From the NCBI GenBank assembly GCA_964016885.1, contig OZ024740.1, positions 204,662,001 through 204,726,000 of the forward strand: a stretch of 64,000 nucleotides of DNA, given 5' to 3'. The position numbers were made by a program, and so were the translations under genes. The notes below the pieces were generated by a model. That model saw only the letters and a program-made list of their open reading frames with translations. It did not search any database and had not been told where the DNA came from. Source of the DNA: Eledone cirrhosa (Eukaryota). Positions 52,148-64,000 of the stretch are shown here, piece after piece. Position 1 is the stretch's first letter. Every line of letters starts with the position of its first letter.

Positions 52148-53300
52148 AATAATAATAATAATGAAATTATTGTGTAAAGTGCTCAGGTGCACTACAACTC
52201 GTCAATATAGTACATAGAATAATACACAAATGCCAGGGAAGTACATGTTTGTATGTGTTAGCTGTAGTGTTGGCGGATCTCGGGAAGCATGGAGGCCTTA
52301 AAGGATGCAGCGTCTCGACAGCTAACAACTGATGCAGGTAGTTTGTTCCATGCTTCAGCAACTCTGAGCGTGAAAAAATGTTTCCGAAAGTCATGGGAAC
52401 TGTGCTGTTTTCTTACTTTGTGGGCATGTCCACGTGTGTTAGACACATGGAAATCGAAAAGGCACTCAGGGTTGTTGTTGGCAACATGGTTAACAATTTT
52501 GTGGGTGTTTCCCAAGTCAGTTGCCAGGCGTCGGAGCTTCAATGAATCCATGCCCAGGGAAGCAAGGCGATCAGAGTATGGTAGATGCCTGATGGAGGGT
52601 ATTCGCTTGGTTGCACGTCTCTGAACAGTTTCCAGGCGGTCAATGTCCTGAGCAAGATAGGGGTTCCAGACTGGTGATGCAAATTCTAAGTGTGGTCGCA
52701 CCATAGCTGTATACAGCCTTAAATAGATATCTGGAGAGCGGCTGACAAAGGTCTTGCTGAGTGATGCTAAGACACCCTCGGCCCTCTTGACAATTTTAGA
52801 GACGTGCCTCGTCCAACGCAAATCGCTGCTGACCGTAATGCCCAGGTCACGTTCACAGGAAGACTTCTTGATATTAGTGCTGTGGAGGGAATATGTGGAC
52901 GCTGGGTTTTTACTCCCAAAATGCATGGTGGTGCACTTGTCCACAGCTAGCTTGAGTTGCCAGTCTGAGATCCACTGTTGCATTGTGTCCAGGTCAGACT
53001 GCAAGCAAGATCTATAGTGTTCAGGATCTGTCCTTTTTATCTCAAGGTACAGCTTGATGTCGTCTGCGTACTTTAGTACTGTGGCATTCCTTAAGTTGGC
53101 ATCTATGTCATTAATATATGCCACAAACAAAAGGGGGCCAAGAACAGATCCCTGAGGTACACCAGATGACATCTCATATGGTGAGGAATGCTGTCCCAGA
53201 ACCGTGACTACCTCTCTTCGACTGAGAATGAAGGACTTCAACCAGTTAAAAAGATCATCCTTCACACCCATTGCAGAGAGTTTTGCCATAAGCCTTACGA
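52148..53300 (-). mobile_element. 5'-truncated CR1-group LINE with an open 343-aa RT C-terminus (52258-53289) and (ATT)n tail
   Basis: SGVPQGSVLGPLLF, YADD, ERDLG, VRPHLEFASPVWNP and VQRRATK; AAT repeat at 52148-52162. Confidence 0.94.
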
Positions 53301-54387
53301 ATTATGTCTCTAACCGTGTAACGCTTTTTAAGTAGATAACTACAATTGAAAATACTAAAGAAATGGAACCAACAATTCAATTTGAAAGTCGTCTAGTGAC
53401 AGTGTATTACTGGTACTTTATTTTATCGACCCCGTAACGATGAAAGGCAAAAATGCAAATGCTTAAAATTTAAATTGCCTTAATTCTATCGTCTGCTGTT
53501 TCATTAAAGGGAGATTATCGTCTGTATTTAATTCTATCGTCTACTGTTCCACTAAACAGATATACCTCCACTATCGTCTCTATTTATACATTTTAACTTA
53601 TAACTTATACACATTTGATTTGAAATATTTTATCTAGTCCCCCCTCTCAATATTATGATGATTTCTTTCGAATGAAACAGTTCTAGTCCTGTAGAAGCCA
53701 TTTATATATATAATTGAACTGAGTTAAAAATTCACAATATTTATAATTAAATAAGCTCATATATATATGTGTGTATTTATCTGTTTATTGTATTATATAT
53801 AATGTGTGTATATACAGGATGTCCCCCAAAAATATATACACACTTCAACAGCATTCTAATAACTATTGCCTGTACAGGTAATCAAAGTGTCAATCGAATG
53901 TTAGTTTCGTGTTTTAACAGTACAAATTTACAATACACACATAAAACCAGTGTATATACATACATGAGTGTGTATACACATACATGAATGTGTATATACA
54001 ATATATATGTATATATATATAGACACATATATTCACGGTGCAACGGTACATTAAAATATAGATGCGGGAGAGGGGGGGTGTATATATAGGGGCGCTGGGG
54101 ATAAAGGAGTGTAAAGCGTGTGTAATTGATATATTGAAGGAGAGGAGCGTGCAGCGATAGAGTAACAAATATATAGAGAGGGGGAGAGATGGTATTGAAG
54201 GGGAGGAGTGCAAAGCGAAAGAGTAAGAGATATATATAGAGACGGAACAGATAGAGAGAAACAGGCGTAAGTAATAGTGGAAGAGATATAGAGAGAGGTA
54301 CTCTGATTGGTTGAAAATTAGCCAATGACATACGATCACCACCACCACGGCTATCCCCGAAAAATTTTTAAAGAAGCTAGGCATATA

Positions 54388-54442
54388 TGTTAGAACACGA
54401 AAAGTGAACATTCTGTTGTTTCACACTTTTCGTGTTCTAACA
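54388..54442. other. Perfect 19-bp stem hairpin with a 17-nt loop
   Basis: TGTTAGAACACGAAAAGTG (54388-54406) pairs with CACTTTTCGTGTTCTAACA (54424-54442). Confidence 0.9.
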
Positions 54443-54477
54443 GATATAACTAAGTTTCTTATTATTATTATCTGATA

Positions 54478-54632
54478 GGTGGATTGGCAGAATCGGTAGA
54501 ACGTCAGACACCATTGTTTGCAGCATAGAGTTATGCTGCTTTACGTTCTGAGTTCAAATCCCACGGAGGTTAACTTTGCCTTTCATCCTTATAGGGTCAA
54601 TAAAATAAAGTACCAGTAATACACTGGGGTAA
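54478..54632 (+). mobile_element. tRNA-derived SINE, family 1
   Basis: TGGCAGAATCGG A-box, GAGTTCAAATCC B-box, GCCTTTCATCCTT. Confidence 0.88.
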
Positions 54633-55470
54633 TTTCAGGCAAGCTTGTAGCAAGAGAGTTAATCAACTAAAACTGAAAGTTCAAATAAAAAATTGTGTGC
54701 AAAAATTAAGCATACTTTTCTTGGTCTTCAATAATGGTATTGGCAATGGTATGTTATAATGGTAGTGCTGGTGGGGTTGTTATAATGCTAGGGACAGTGG
54801 TATGTTACAATGGTAGTGATGGTGTAGTCGGTGGTAACAGTGGTGGAACCTGTCTACAATCAAGTGTTAAAGTAATTTTTTTCATTCTTTTGGCACATCT
54901 TTCAAAACATACCAAACTGTGTAGCCCCTACATATATCCGTATCTTCTCATATTTTTGTCTGTGTAACATTTATGTGAAATGGATTCAAGGTACAGTCAA
55001 CAAGAAAGATTTTCCTCCTAAATATAAAAAACTCTAACTCATATATTAATATATGATTGATAAGTATTTCAGAAAGTAACCCTTACCTTAACACACACAA
55101 CAAACGTTTTAAGGCCATTTTCCCTGCTAAAGCAGGGGTTAGTCATGTGGGCCCCAATCATTTATGACACAATGTTTTATAGCAGGATACTCTTCCCATT
55201 GTGAAACTTTTTAGTCACTTCTTGCATCATGCAGGGATATGGTGTACCTATTCTCATGCTGGTGCCACATCAAAAGTGCCCAGCTCATCCTGTAAGGTGG
55301 TGGTGTTGGTTCCACAACAAGAAATACACAGTCAACCCTATAAGGTGGTAGTGATGGTGCCATAAAAAATGCTCCCAGTTCAGGCTGTAATGTGGTTGAT
55401 ATTAGGAAGGACAATCAGCCATAAAAACAAGCCAAAAACATGGTTTCCTGACCAGTCAGGCTTCATAGGT

Positions 55471-55770
55471 TACAACGACAAGTGTTCCAGTTGATGCAAT
55501 CAACGGAACAGCCTGCTCGTGAAATTAACGTGCAAGTGCTGAGCATTCCACAGACATGTGTACCCCTAATGTAGTTCTCAGGGAGATTCAGTGTGACACA
55601 GAATGTGACAAGGCTGACCCTTCGAATTATAGGTACAACTCATTTTTGCCAGCTGAGTGGACTGGAGCAACATGAAAATAAAGTATCTTGCTCAAGGACA
55701 CAACGTGCCACCGGGAATCTAACTCATGACCTTACGATTGTGAGCCGAATACCCTAACCACAAAATCACC
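55471..55770 (-). mobile_element. tRNA-derived SINE, family 2; other pieces near 26200-26300, 63470-63563 and 63857-64000
   Basis: Minus strand reads GTGGTTAGGG...GAGTTAGATTCCCGG (tRNA-like head), then GTTGTGTCCTTGAGCAAG. Dispersed copies occur in the window. Confidence 0.8.
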
Positions 55771-55888
55771 TTCACGTAGGTACCTCAGAATGTAACAACC
55801 TGACTAACACATACAAACATAGAAAATAGATATTAAATAATGATGATGGTGTGATATACACAGAATGATCTATTTATACATTGTGGAC

Positions 55889-56455
55889 ACAGCATGGCCG
55901 AATGGTTAAGTAGTTCACTTCCCAGTAATTACATCCAGGGTTCAGTCCCACTGCATGGCAGCTTAAACAAGTGACATTTACCAAAGCCTCAGGTCGACCC
56001 ATACAGGGCTGGATTTAATGGGAGGCAGTAGGGCCCCACTAGCGATGGCCGTAACAATTTATTTGTGCCCTCAGCTGGGCTTTTTAGTTTTAGGTTAGTT
56101 ATAATTTTTTATTTAATACCTGTATGCATAACAATTCTAATTACTTGCGCCAAGCTAACTATGATATGTAAAATTGGGGGATTTGCGTTGTATTCTAATT
56201 TTTTGTGTGAGGGCCTCCCTCCGCCAAGCCTGAAATGCCCTGAGACCCCCCCCCCCTCCAGGTCTAAATCCAACCCTGTACTCATGCCTTGTGAGGATCT
56301 GTTTGGATGCCCATCAGAGAGACTGTACCTATAATTTAAAGGACCAACCTTGTCAGACAGTGTCACAAAGGTACACGTGGCACTAGAATGATCACCTACT
56401 TATATGTTAATTTCTTGAGTAGGCTGTTCCATTGATTGAACAACTGGAACACTAA
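55889..56455 (+). mobile_element. tRNA-headed SINE interrupted by a 275-bp TIR element at 56004-56278
   Basis: TGGCCGAATGGTTAAG...GGTTCAGTCCC head. The insert has TIRs CAGGGCTGGATTTA and TAAATCCAACCCTG with TA on both flanks. Confidence 0.7.
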
Positions 56456-56589
56456 TCATGAAAGTTGATAGTGACTCATTCTATTCCATTTATACACTAA
56501 CTTTTTTTATTGTAGAATAAATGTTTATATTTTGGGGTTTTGTTTTTTTTAGAGGGAAATGTAAATCAACAAATAGAGAAAGGAAATTA

Positions 56590-57535
56590 TCGTTGTTTCT
56601 TGTTTAATCGTTCATCCTTTGAATCATTTTGAAGTCTTCAGATATTGCAGCTATTTGTAGCTTATGAGTTAAGGAACTACGTTCTTTCTCCACAAATCCA
56701 AATTCAGTTATACTTTAGTCTAAACAGATTGGTATGAAACTAAATATGTATCTTGGATACTGGATCTGCATACTCCTCATCAATGGTCCAAAGATATCTT
56801 CCTTCTCTTACATTTTTCTTACTACATTGACATCAAGTAGACAGCCGACTTCTACAACAGAGCATATGTATGTTTCTCTTTCTCTTAATTTCAAGTACAT
56901 TTTTGACCGGTCACTTTCCGGGTGGCAAAGTTGTGAAAGAAAAGACATTGTCATCCCTTGAATCGCAAGAATGTTTTGCAAATTTTGAAGGTGCCAGCTA
57001 TCGCAGCCATTGAATTAGGGAGCTGTGCTCTTTGTTCACAAATCCAAGTTAAGTCATACTTTGGTCCAAGTAGGTTGGTATATAACCTGTAGCTCAAATA
57101 ATTGTTTCTATTTTAGGCACAAGGCCAGCAATTACCCAGTACATTACTGGTACTTTATTTTATCGACCCCGTAAGGATGAAAGGCAGAGTTAACCGCGGC
57201 AGGATTTGAACTCAGATCATAAAGGGACGTAACTCTATGCTTCAAAGCATGGTGTCCGACTCTCTACCGATACTGCCAATAAATAATTGTTTCTACTTTA
57301 GGCACAAGGCCAACAATTACCCAGTGCATTACTGGTACTTTATTTTATCGACCCCGTAAGGATGAAAGGCAAAGTCAACCAATAAATAATGATGGGTATG
57401 AAGCTGAAGGTGTATCTTGGAGACTAGATCTGCAAACTCCTCATCAATGGTCCATAGATGTCTTCCTTCTCCTGTATTTATCTTACAACGTTGATATCAA
57501 GTGGCCAGCTGATCTCTACAACAGAGCATGTTTTC
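56590..57535 (-). mobile_element. Two tandem 3' fragments of an RLE-type (R4/Dong-like) non-LTR retrotransposon
   Basis: Minus-strand manual translation gives KTCSVVEISWPLDINVV...EKEDIYGPL...SFIP and LGF...GTFKICKTFL. The second copy is interrupted by SINEs. Confidence 0.7.
57097..57390 (-). mobile_element. Tandem family-1 SINEs (full copy 57097-57280, partial copy 57282-57380)
   Basis: Reverse complement of the family-1 consensus; AATAAATAAT at the junctions. Confidence 0.9.
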
Positions 57536-58059
57536 AATGTATGTATGCATATATGTATATATGTATGTATGCATTTACGTATGTATGTATGCATATATGT
57601 ATGCATGTATGTAAGTATGTATATATGTATCTATTTTATTTATATTTCATTAACTACCAATGTGGGTGTATATTTATATCTATGTCACAGAACTTAACAT
57701 TTTGATAAAAAGAGATCACTAAAATAAGTACCAAATTTGAAAAGAAAAAGTACTGGAGTCAATACAGTTGACTAATTCCTTTCAATGTAATGCTCCAGCA
57801 TGGCTGCAGCCTAATGATTGAAGACTGTGAAAGAATAAAAGAATGTGATATCCTATAAGAAAACATCTTATCACAAGTTTCAGCTGAACTATAGCAACTG
57901 TTATATAAATAAACAATGGAGAGATTTCTCTGATGATAAAACTAAACAAAAGAAGCCACAGCAAGTTGTATTAATATCAAGTTGATAAATAGTAGAAAAT
58001 AGTTTCCATAGCAATGCTTAGTGAGCTTCTGGCTCACCAGCCATATTTAGCTGTTTGAC

Positions 58060-59250
58060 ATACATTATAAAAGGTTTGTCTTAATAAAAATTTTTTTCTG
58101 TCTACTCGGCTCTCCAAATCTCTTGAAAGCCATATGAGAGTGTGTGAAGACCAAGCACGCAGACCTATCAAGAATAGCTGAGAGGTTGCACCTCATTGAT
58201 GTGCATTCAGCACTCATCCCTCTGAGGAACTGCTTTGCCCTTCCCAAATTCTTGTTCACACTGCATGGGGCGCCTTGTCACCCTCAGGCAGATTACCTTA
58301 GTGAACTCGACGCCACCATTCAACGCTGTGCAGAACTCATCTGCAATGTTAGTTTCAACAGCATCAGATCTGGCACTACCAGCCTACCTCTCCCCAATCT
58401 CCCCCAGTCACACCATCAGTGAGGTCCTCAGCAAGACAGCCAAATCTGATGTGGCCCTAGAACTGGAGCTGGCTCTGGCCGACTGGACCAGTGAAGGCCT
58501 CGCTGTTCCCCAGTATACAAATGTCCAACATAACTGGGTCAACATCAAGTGCAGGTCTTCCTTCAGGCAGATCAAGTCTGACATAGTCCAACACTGCCTT
58601 GCCTGCCTCAAATCCAGTTTGTGGCTGAACAGTGGTGCATGGCTCAATATGGTGCCCTCTTCATCAACCAGTACCCTTCTTGATGATGAGGGCACTCACA
58701 TTGGAATGACCCAATGCCTTGGCCTCCGCATGTGGGAGCCACACAAATGCTGCTGTGAAGCTGTTGTTAATGAGTTTGGCGTGCACCCACTGTCATGCTG
58801 CTAGAGCACAGGCTGGTTCGCTCGACATGCCACTCTCAACAACATATTGAGCTTGGATACAGCTGACTTCCCATCACAATTGGAGCCAGCAGGCCTCAAT
58901 CGCAGATATAGCAAGCGCCCCAACAGAATTACTCTGTTCCCATTCGAAGAAGGTAAATCCATCATCTGGGACATGACATGCTGTGACAGGTTCTCTGCTT
59001 CCATCATAGTTGCTTCAGCAACAAAACCTAGTACCACAGCCCACAATGCAGAGGACAGTAGGACAAACAAATACCGGGGATTATCTGGCTGAGCATCCTT
59101 GGACCCTATACAGCTGAGCTCCTCCATAAAATCAGATTGTCAACAGCCTATCTGAGGAAGGAGCCCCACAAGGTGGAGTGGCTGTTGCAGTGGGTGTTGC
59201 TAACTATTGTCCGCGGAAATGCCTTTGCAGTTTTGTCTGCAGCTGAGACG
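58060..59250 (+). pseudogene. CRE-like non-LTR retrotransposon remnant (post-RT region, CCHC finger, restriction-like endonuclease)
   Basis: DLALPAYLS, SGAWLNMVP, CxC-x8-H-x3-C (CCCEAVVNEFGVHPLSC), RHATLNNIL, LEPAGL and KRPNRITLFPFEEGKSIIWDMT, across frameshifts. Confidence 0.75.
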
Positions 59251-59665
59251 CCACCCCGACCAAGATATATAGTCTGTCACTCTCTTCCCTACCCCCTCTC
59301 TTTCTTCCTTATCTAACAGTCCTTGCCTTTTCCCTATAATCCTTGTTCTTACCCACCTTTTCTTCTCATTTACAGCATTTAGAGTCCTTTCCATTACATT
59401 CCTATGCAGCCAGATCTGCCCTTCTTTACCCCTTCCCCCTTGTTTTTCATTACTTATTATTACTGTTTTTATCCATTTTTAATATTCTCAATCGTTGTAT
59501 AACATTTGGTGTTTGGAACATAAAGATTATAATAAGCTGTTTAGCCTTTTTGTCTGTCAGAATTCATGTAGAATTCATGGAAAATAAATGTAAGAGAAAA
59601 AGGTGGGGGATATTCTAAAATACTTTCAGTCATACTAGAAACAAGCATTCTCTGTCAATGATGTT

Positions 59666-59666
<1 letters not shown>

Positions 59667-59725
<59 letters not shown>

Positions 59726-59763
59726 GTGTGTGTGTACATATATATATATATGTATGTATGTAT
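59667..59763. repeat. Compound (CT)n/(TG)n/(TA)n/(TATG)n microsatellite
   Basis: Direct reading. Confidence 0.95.
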
Positions 59764-59849
59764 GCAGGATATCCGTAGATAAAAGGTCAAGGAAAACAAT
59801 GCTCAATCTATTACAAAAGAGCCTGTTTAGTATGAAGTTTCATACACTT

Positions 59850-60150
59850 ACTATGTATGTACGACCATTGGTTTTGGGGGTCCAGTTATGGCCACCACTG
59901 TATAGTGGAGGAGGCTCTTCAAAACTGTCAGAAGCAACCGTCTCCAACTGATCTGGCTGAATCCCCAAGCGAAACCAGCCAGGTTCATGTATGTTATCCA
60001 ACCATCTTGCTTGGGGTCTACCCCTGGGTCTCTTGCAAGTTGGTATTGCCTGTAAAATCTGTCTAGTGATTCTTTCCTGAGACATTCTAACCACATACTC
60101 ATAGTATCGGAGCAGTGATCTCTCAATTCGGAGAAGTAGCAAAAGTACAA
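59850..60150 (-). mobile_element. RTE-clade LINE 3' fragment
   Basis: IERSLLRYYEYVVRM...KRPRGRPQARWLD in ORF 59840-60220(-). Confidence 0.8.
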
Positions 60151-60322
60151 AACAGCATGACGCCATCAGATTAAAAATTAAAGTCTTTAGTTTAGACACT
60201 ATAAATATTTGAATTAACAAACCTCTTTTTTAAATATCTTCTGTTAAATCATTGTAGGATGTCAATAATTAAAAAACTTTTCTTACAGCTGGAGATGTTT
60301 TTCTTTAATAATGCATCAAAAT

Positions 60323-60546
60323 TTAACCCTTTAGCATTTAAACCAGCTGTATCCGCCCAGAATTCTCTCACCTCTTTCTGTTCAAACCGGCTGTAACCAG
60401 CCGCTCATACTGATGCTAAGGTATTGTTCTCAAAATAAATATCAAAATCTCATAGATTTGATATTATGTAAGATAATATAATAGTAGATATAGAGTAATG
60501 AAAATATAATAGTAGATATAGAGTAATGTAAACAGTAAAGGACTAA
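60323..60546 (+). mobile_element. piggyBac-type MITE, family A
   Basis: TTAA|CCCTTTAGCATTTA at the left end. Confidence 0.85.
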
Positions 60547-61196
60547 AGTAGCAAGCCTTAAATGCTGCTTACAAAATGGAATCTGAAATGATCTCAATAA
60601 ATTGTTCATATTCTACTACATCTAAACTCTCTAGTCGTTCTTGCATGGTGAATGAATTTTTAATCCAAGCTTCATTCTGTACCATAGTGCTTTGATCATT
60701 TAGAAAATATTTACTTACTGATATATAAATATCTTCCAAATGTTGTTGCACTTCATTAAAAAGCATTAAAAGACCATTTATGTTAATGTCACTATGTAGT
60801 TTGGTGAAAATAGAAAAACTGTCAGGTTTTTCAAAATGTTAGTATCCTTTTGAAGGCTTAGATTTTATGAATTGCAGCAAAAATTGATACTTGTCTCCTG
60901 TACAATGAAAGGTTAATTTCATTCATGCTGGAAAAAGAAAATGTCAGCTTTATAACCAAGCCTGAGCAACCAGATTTTGTCTGCTAACCGTTCTTTTAAA
61001 TGGAAATCATGTTTCATTAAAAAAAGCTATGAGCTCATCTTTTAATCCAACCACATCATTTCTATGAGACAATCATCTATTACCATGATTAGTTTATATT
61101 TGAGTATATGCAGAAAATCATATTTCATATAAATAAATATATCAGGCTTTGTGGCTACTTCCCATTTCATCGCAAACAAGGATTTAAAAAATGTGA

Positions 61197-61422
61197 CTAA
61201 CCCTCTATATTTACTATTGTATTTTTTTGGTAAAGGCTTTATCTCACATAATTATCGCACATAATATCTCATATAATTATCTCACATAATATTAAATCTA
61301 TGAGCTTTTGATATCATTTATTTTGAGAACAATATCTTAACATAAGTATGAGCAGCTGGTTACAGCCGGTTTGAACAGAAAGAGGTGAAAGAATTCTGGC
61401 CAGTTTAAATGCTAAAGGGTAA
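61197..61422 (-). mobile_element. piggyBac-type MITE, family A, inverted
   Basis: Ends TAAATGCTAAAGGGTAA; body is the reverse complement of family A. Confidence 0.85.
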
Positions 61423-61456
61423 AGAAGACTAATAAACTACATTGTTTTATCAAGTA

Positions 61457-61612
61457 CTAGCAGAATGGCCCGGCATTGCTCGGGATTTGCTCTAGGGTTC
61501 TTATATATTTGATATATATTTATCCTTATCGAGTCTCGTGAAATAAATACGTTTGTTTATAATTTGTTATTGTGTATGCAAAAATATCTGTACACGAATA
61601 TATAATTATATA

Positions 61613-61661
<49 letters not shown>

Positions 61662-62846
61662 AGCGAGATCTGTCCACGCCTTGAACCTTGGGTGACACCT
61701 AAAGGTCAAATTCTAGGTCAACACCCTTTTGGTGTGAACAGGTTGATGTGTTGACTATCCCCTCAAGATGGGAGACAGGAAGTGACAGCTATATATAGAG
61801 CCCGAACCATCCTACTTTAGCCAGAGACATCGGAGCATTACGCTAGCAACTAACTATGTAAGGATTCACTGCTATCAACAGACCCCAGTGGTCTACAGAA
61901 ATAGAGACATCGGAGCACCCCACTACAGAACAAGCTATGTGAAAGATTCACCACTATCAACAGACCCCCATGAGGTCTACAGATACACACAGAGATATTG
62001 GGGCCCTACTACTACAGACCATGTACAAGCCACAGTGGGCTACAACCAATTACAGACCATTCAGAGGTATACAAACCATTACTCTCTCTCACTCACTATG
62101 GTCTCAACTATTACCACGGACTCCAACAACAACAACAACATCTGTTCGCTCGCTGTTTTCACATCAGCAACAATAACAACATTAACAACTCTTGGTAACT
62201 GTTTTATATGGACTTTTTAATTGATTCACGTGAAGTAAACCATATATAAACCAAATCATTTATTCTTTATATTCTCGTTATTACATCTAATCTTATTATT
62301 ATTGTTATTTCATCTAATAATTATGTTAAATCCTTCTAACTAATTTCTATTCATACCCTTCGTTAAATATATATTAAAATAACAGATTAAAGTTTAAGCA
62401 AAGAATCGCTGCTTTCACCCTTAACGGGATCTTCTGAAACTAAACAAATCAATCTGTGAACACAGAAGTAAATATTTCGCAAAACATTACAATTACACAC
62501 TATATATATATACACACTATATATATATATACATATATACACTGATGATGATGATGATGATGACACACACACACAGCATTATAATGTTGTAAGGCAGACA
62601 GCCAGACATACAGACAGATAGTATAAGGGCGCAACGTTATATCTATGTATCTATCTAAAAAGACAGACTAAGAGAGAGAAAGAGATCGCTTTTTCACCTA
62701 ATGAAAATTTGAAATATTTTTTGCTCAAAACACTCATAGGGCCATAAGTATTACAGGTGTAAAGTTTGAAAAAAATCGGTTGAGTGGTTCTCGAGTTTTA
62801 GGGAGTCAGACAAACAGACAGACATTCTCTGTTTTAGATATATAGA
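61457..62846 (-). mobile_element. Non-autonomous Helitron
   Basis: Minus strand starts TCTATATATCTAAAA...(GTCT)n and ends CCCGAGCAATGCCGGG hairpin + CCATTCTGCTAG. It sits between host A and T with no TSD. Confidence 0.85.
61659..62497 (+). mobile_element. Putative solo LTR inside the Helitron, with roughly 80-bp internal tandem repeats (61823-62020)
   Basis: TGTAG...TTACA termini, TATA-like at about 61790, embedded in (TA)n; no clean TSD. Confidence 0.45.
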
Positions 62847-63084
62847 TGATTTTTAGCTAGATTAGCATTTTTGAAACAGTAAATACATGGTAGTGGAGGG
62901 TGCCATGAGTATTGATACAGTTTAGTTCTACAGCCTTCATCAGTGCTAAAATACAAACAGTTTTACCCACAATAACCCTTATACCAACCCTTACACCATC
63001 AGTTGTCATATCAATACAGTTGCTCAATGATAAATGAGGAGCTTCAGTAATTTTAATATTTTTAGCACCACTGAAATTGTTCAT

Positions 63085-63312
63085 TTAACCCTTTAGCATT
63101 TAAACCAGCCGTATCCACTCAGAATTCTCTCATCGCTTTTTGTTCAAACTGGCCATAACTGGCTGCTCATACTGACATTAAGGTATTGTTCTTAAAATAA
63201 ATAATATCAAAATCTCGTAGATTCCATATTATGTGACATAATTATGTAAGATAAAGCCTTTACCACAAAAATACAATAGTATATATAGAGTAATGTAGAT
63301 GCTAATGGGTAA
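63085..63312 (+). mobile_element. piggyBac-type MITE, family A
   Basis: TTAA|CCCTTTAGCATTTA...GATGCTAATGGG|TAA. Confidence 0.87.
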
Positions 63313-63563
63313 AGTCGATATCTGACAAAGACTAAGCAAAACAGAAAATTCAGCAACATCTGTAAATTCAGCCATTTCTATGGCAAATAAATAATTTTAT
63401 GGATGAGTTACCAACTCAGTCTTGATGTTTGATTGTAGTGCTTTAATACAGAATGCACTTTTGTCAGTTTCAACAATGACTGTTCCAGTTGTGCAATCAT
63501 TGGAACAACCTGCTCATAAAATTAACATGTAAGTGGCTGAGCATTCCACAGGCATGTGTACCC

Positions 63564-63792
63564 TTAACCCTTTACTATTTACATTACTCTATATTTACTA
63601 CTGTATTTTCACTGTAAACACTTTATCTCACATAATTATCTCACATAATATCAAAGCTACGAGATTTTGATATTATTTATTTTGAGAACAATACCTTAAC
63701 AACAGTATGAGCGGCTGGTTACAGCTGGTTTGAACAGAGAAAGGTGAGAGAATTCTGGCTGGTTACGGCTAGTTTAAACGTTAAAGAGTTAA
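63564..63792 (-). mobile_element. piggyBac-type MITE, family A, inserted at a TTAA of a family-2 SINE
   Basis: GTGTACCC-TTAA[element]TTAA-TGTA. The uninterrupted site is seen at about 55560 and 63920. Confidence 0.88.
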
Positions 63793-64000
63793 TGTAAGGC
63801 TGAGTCATGATGTTAGATTCTAACACTTTAATACAGAATGCACCTTTGTCAGTTTCAACAATGACTGCTCCAGTTGTGCAATCAATGGAGCAACCTGCTC
63901 ATGAAATTAACATGTAAGTGTATCCTTAATGTAATGCTCATGGAGATATAATGTGACACAGTGTGACGAGGCTGGCCCTTTGAATTATAGGTACAGTCTA

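Larger units (their letters stand above)
60170..63420 (-). pseudogene. Fragmented hAT (Charlie/Buster-like) transposase hosting nested insertions
   Basis: Collinear minus-strand fragments: FAIEMAEFTDVA (about 63.37 kb), NCIDMTTDG...THGTLH (62857-63084), WLLRLGYKADIF/NEINLSL (about 60.9 kb) and HLEDI...KYF...WIKNSF (60569-60766). Confidence 0.75.

Overview
AT-rich, repeat-dominated metazoan DNA. The SINE families, (GAT)n-tailed RTE LINEs and microsatellites look like a coleoid cephalopod (octopus-type) genome; this is pattern recognition, not a database result. Bases 1-23,003 are the end of a 41-bp satellite array (about 560 monomers here) with layered higher-order repeats. The remaining 41 kb is a transposon graveyard: RTE, CR1, Jockey/CR1-like, R4/Dong-like and CRE-like LINE remnants, a Penelope element, a decayed Rep/helicase Helitron, a non-autonomous Helitron, a hAT transposase remnant, piggyBac-type MITEs and tRNA-derived SINEs. 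I found no intact host protein-coding gene, rRNA, tRNA or CRISPR array. The most unusual features are a 27 x 27-bp array of NRF1-type GCGCATGCGC palindromes followed by two long fold-back repeats (46.6-50.7 kb), a PHD-type finger inside an RTE reverse transcriptase, and the hairpin-rich satellite monomer. All coordinates and counts were read by eye, so the ends of degraded elements are approximate.
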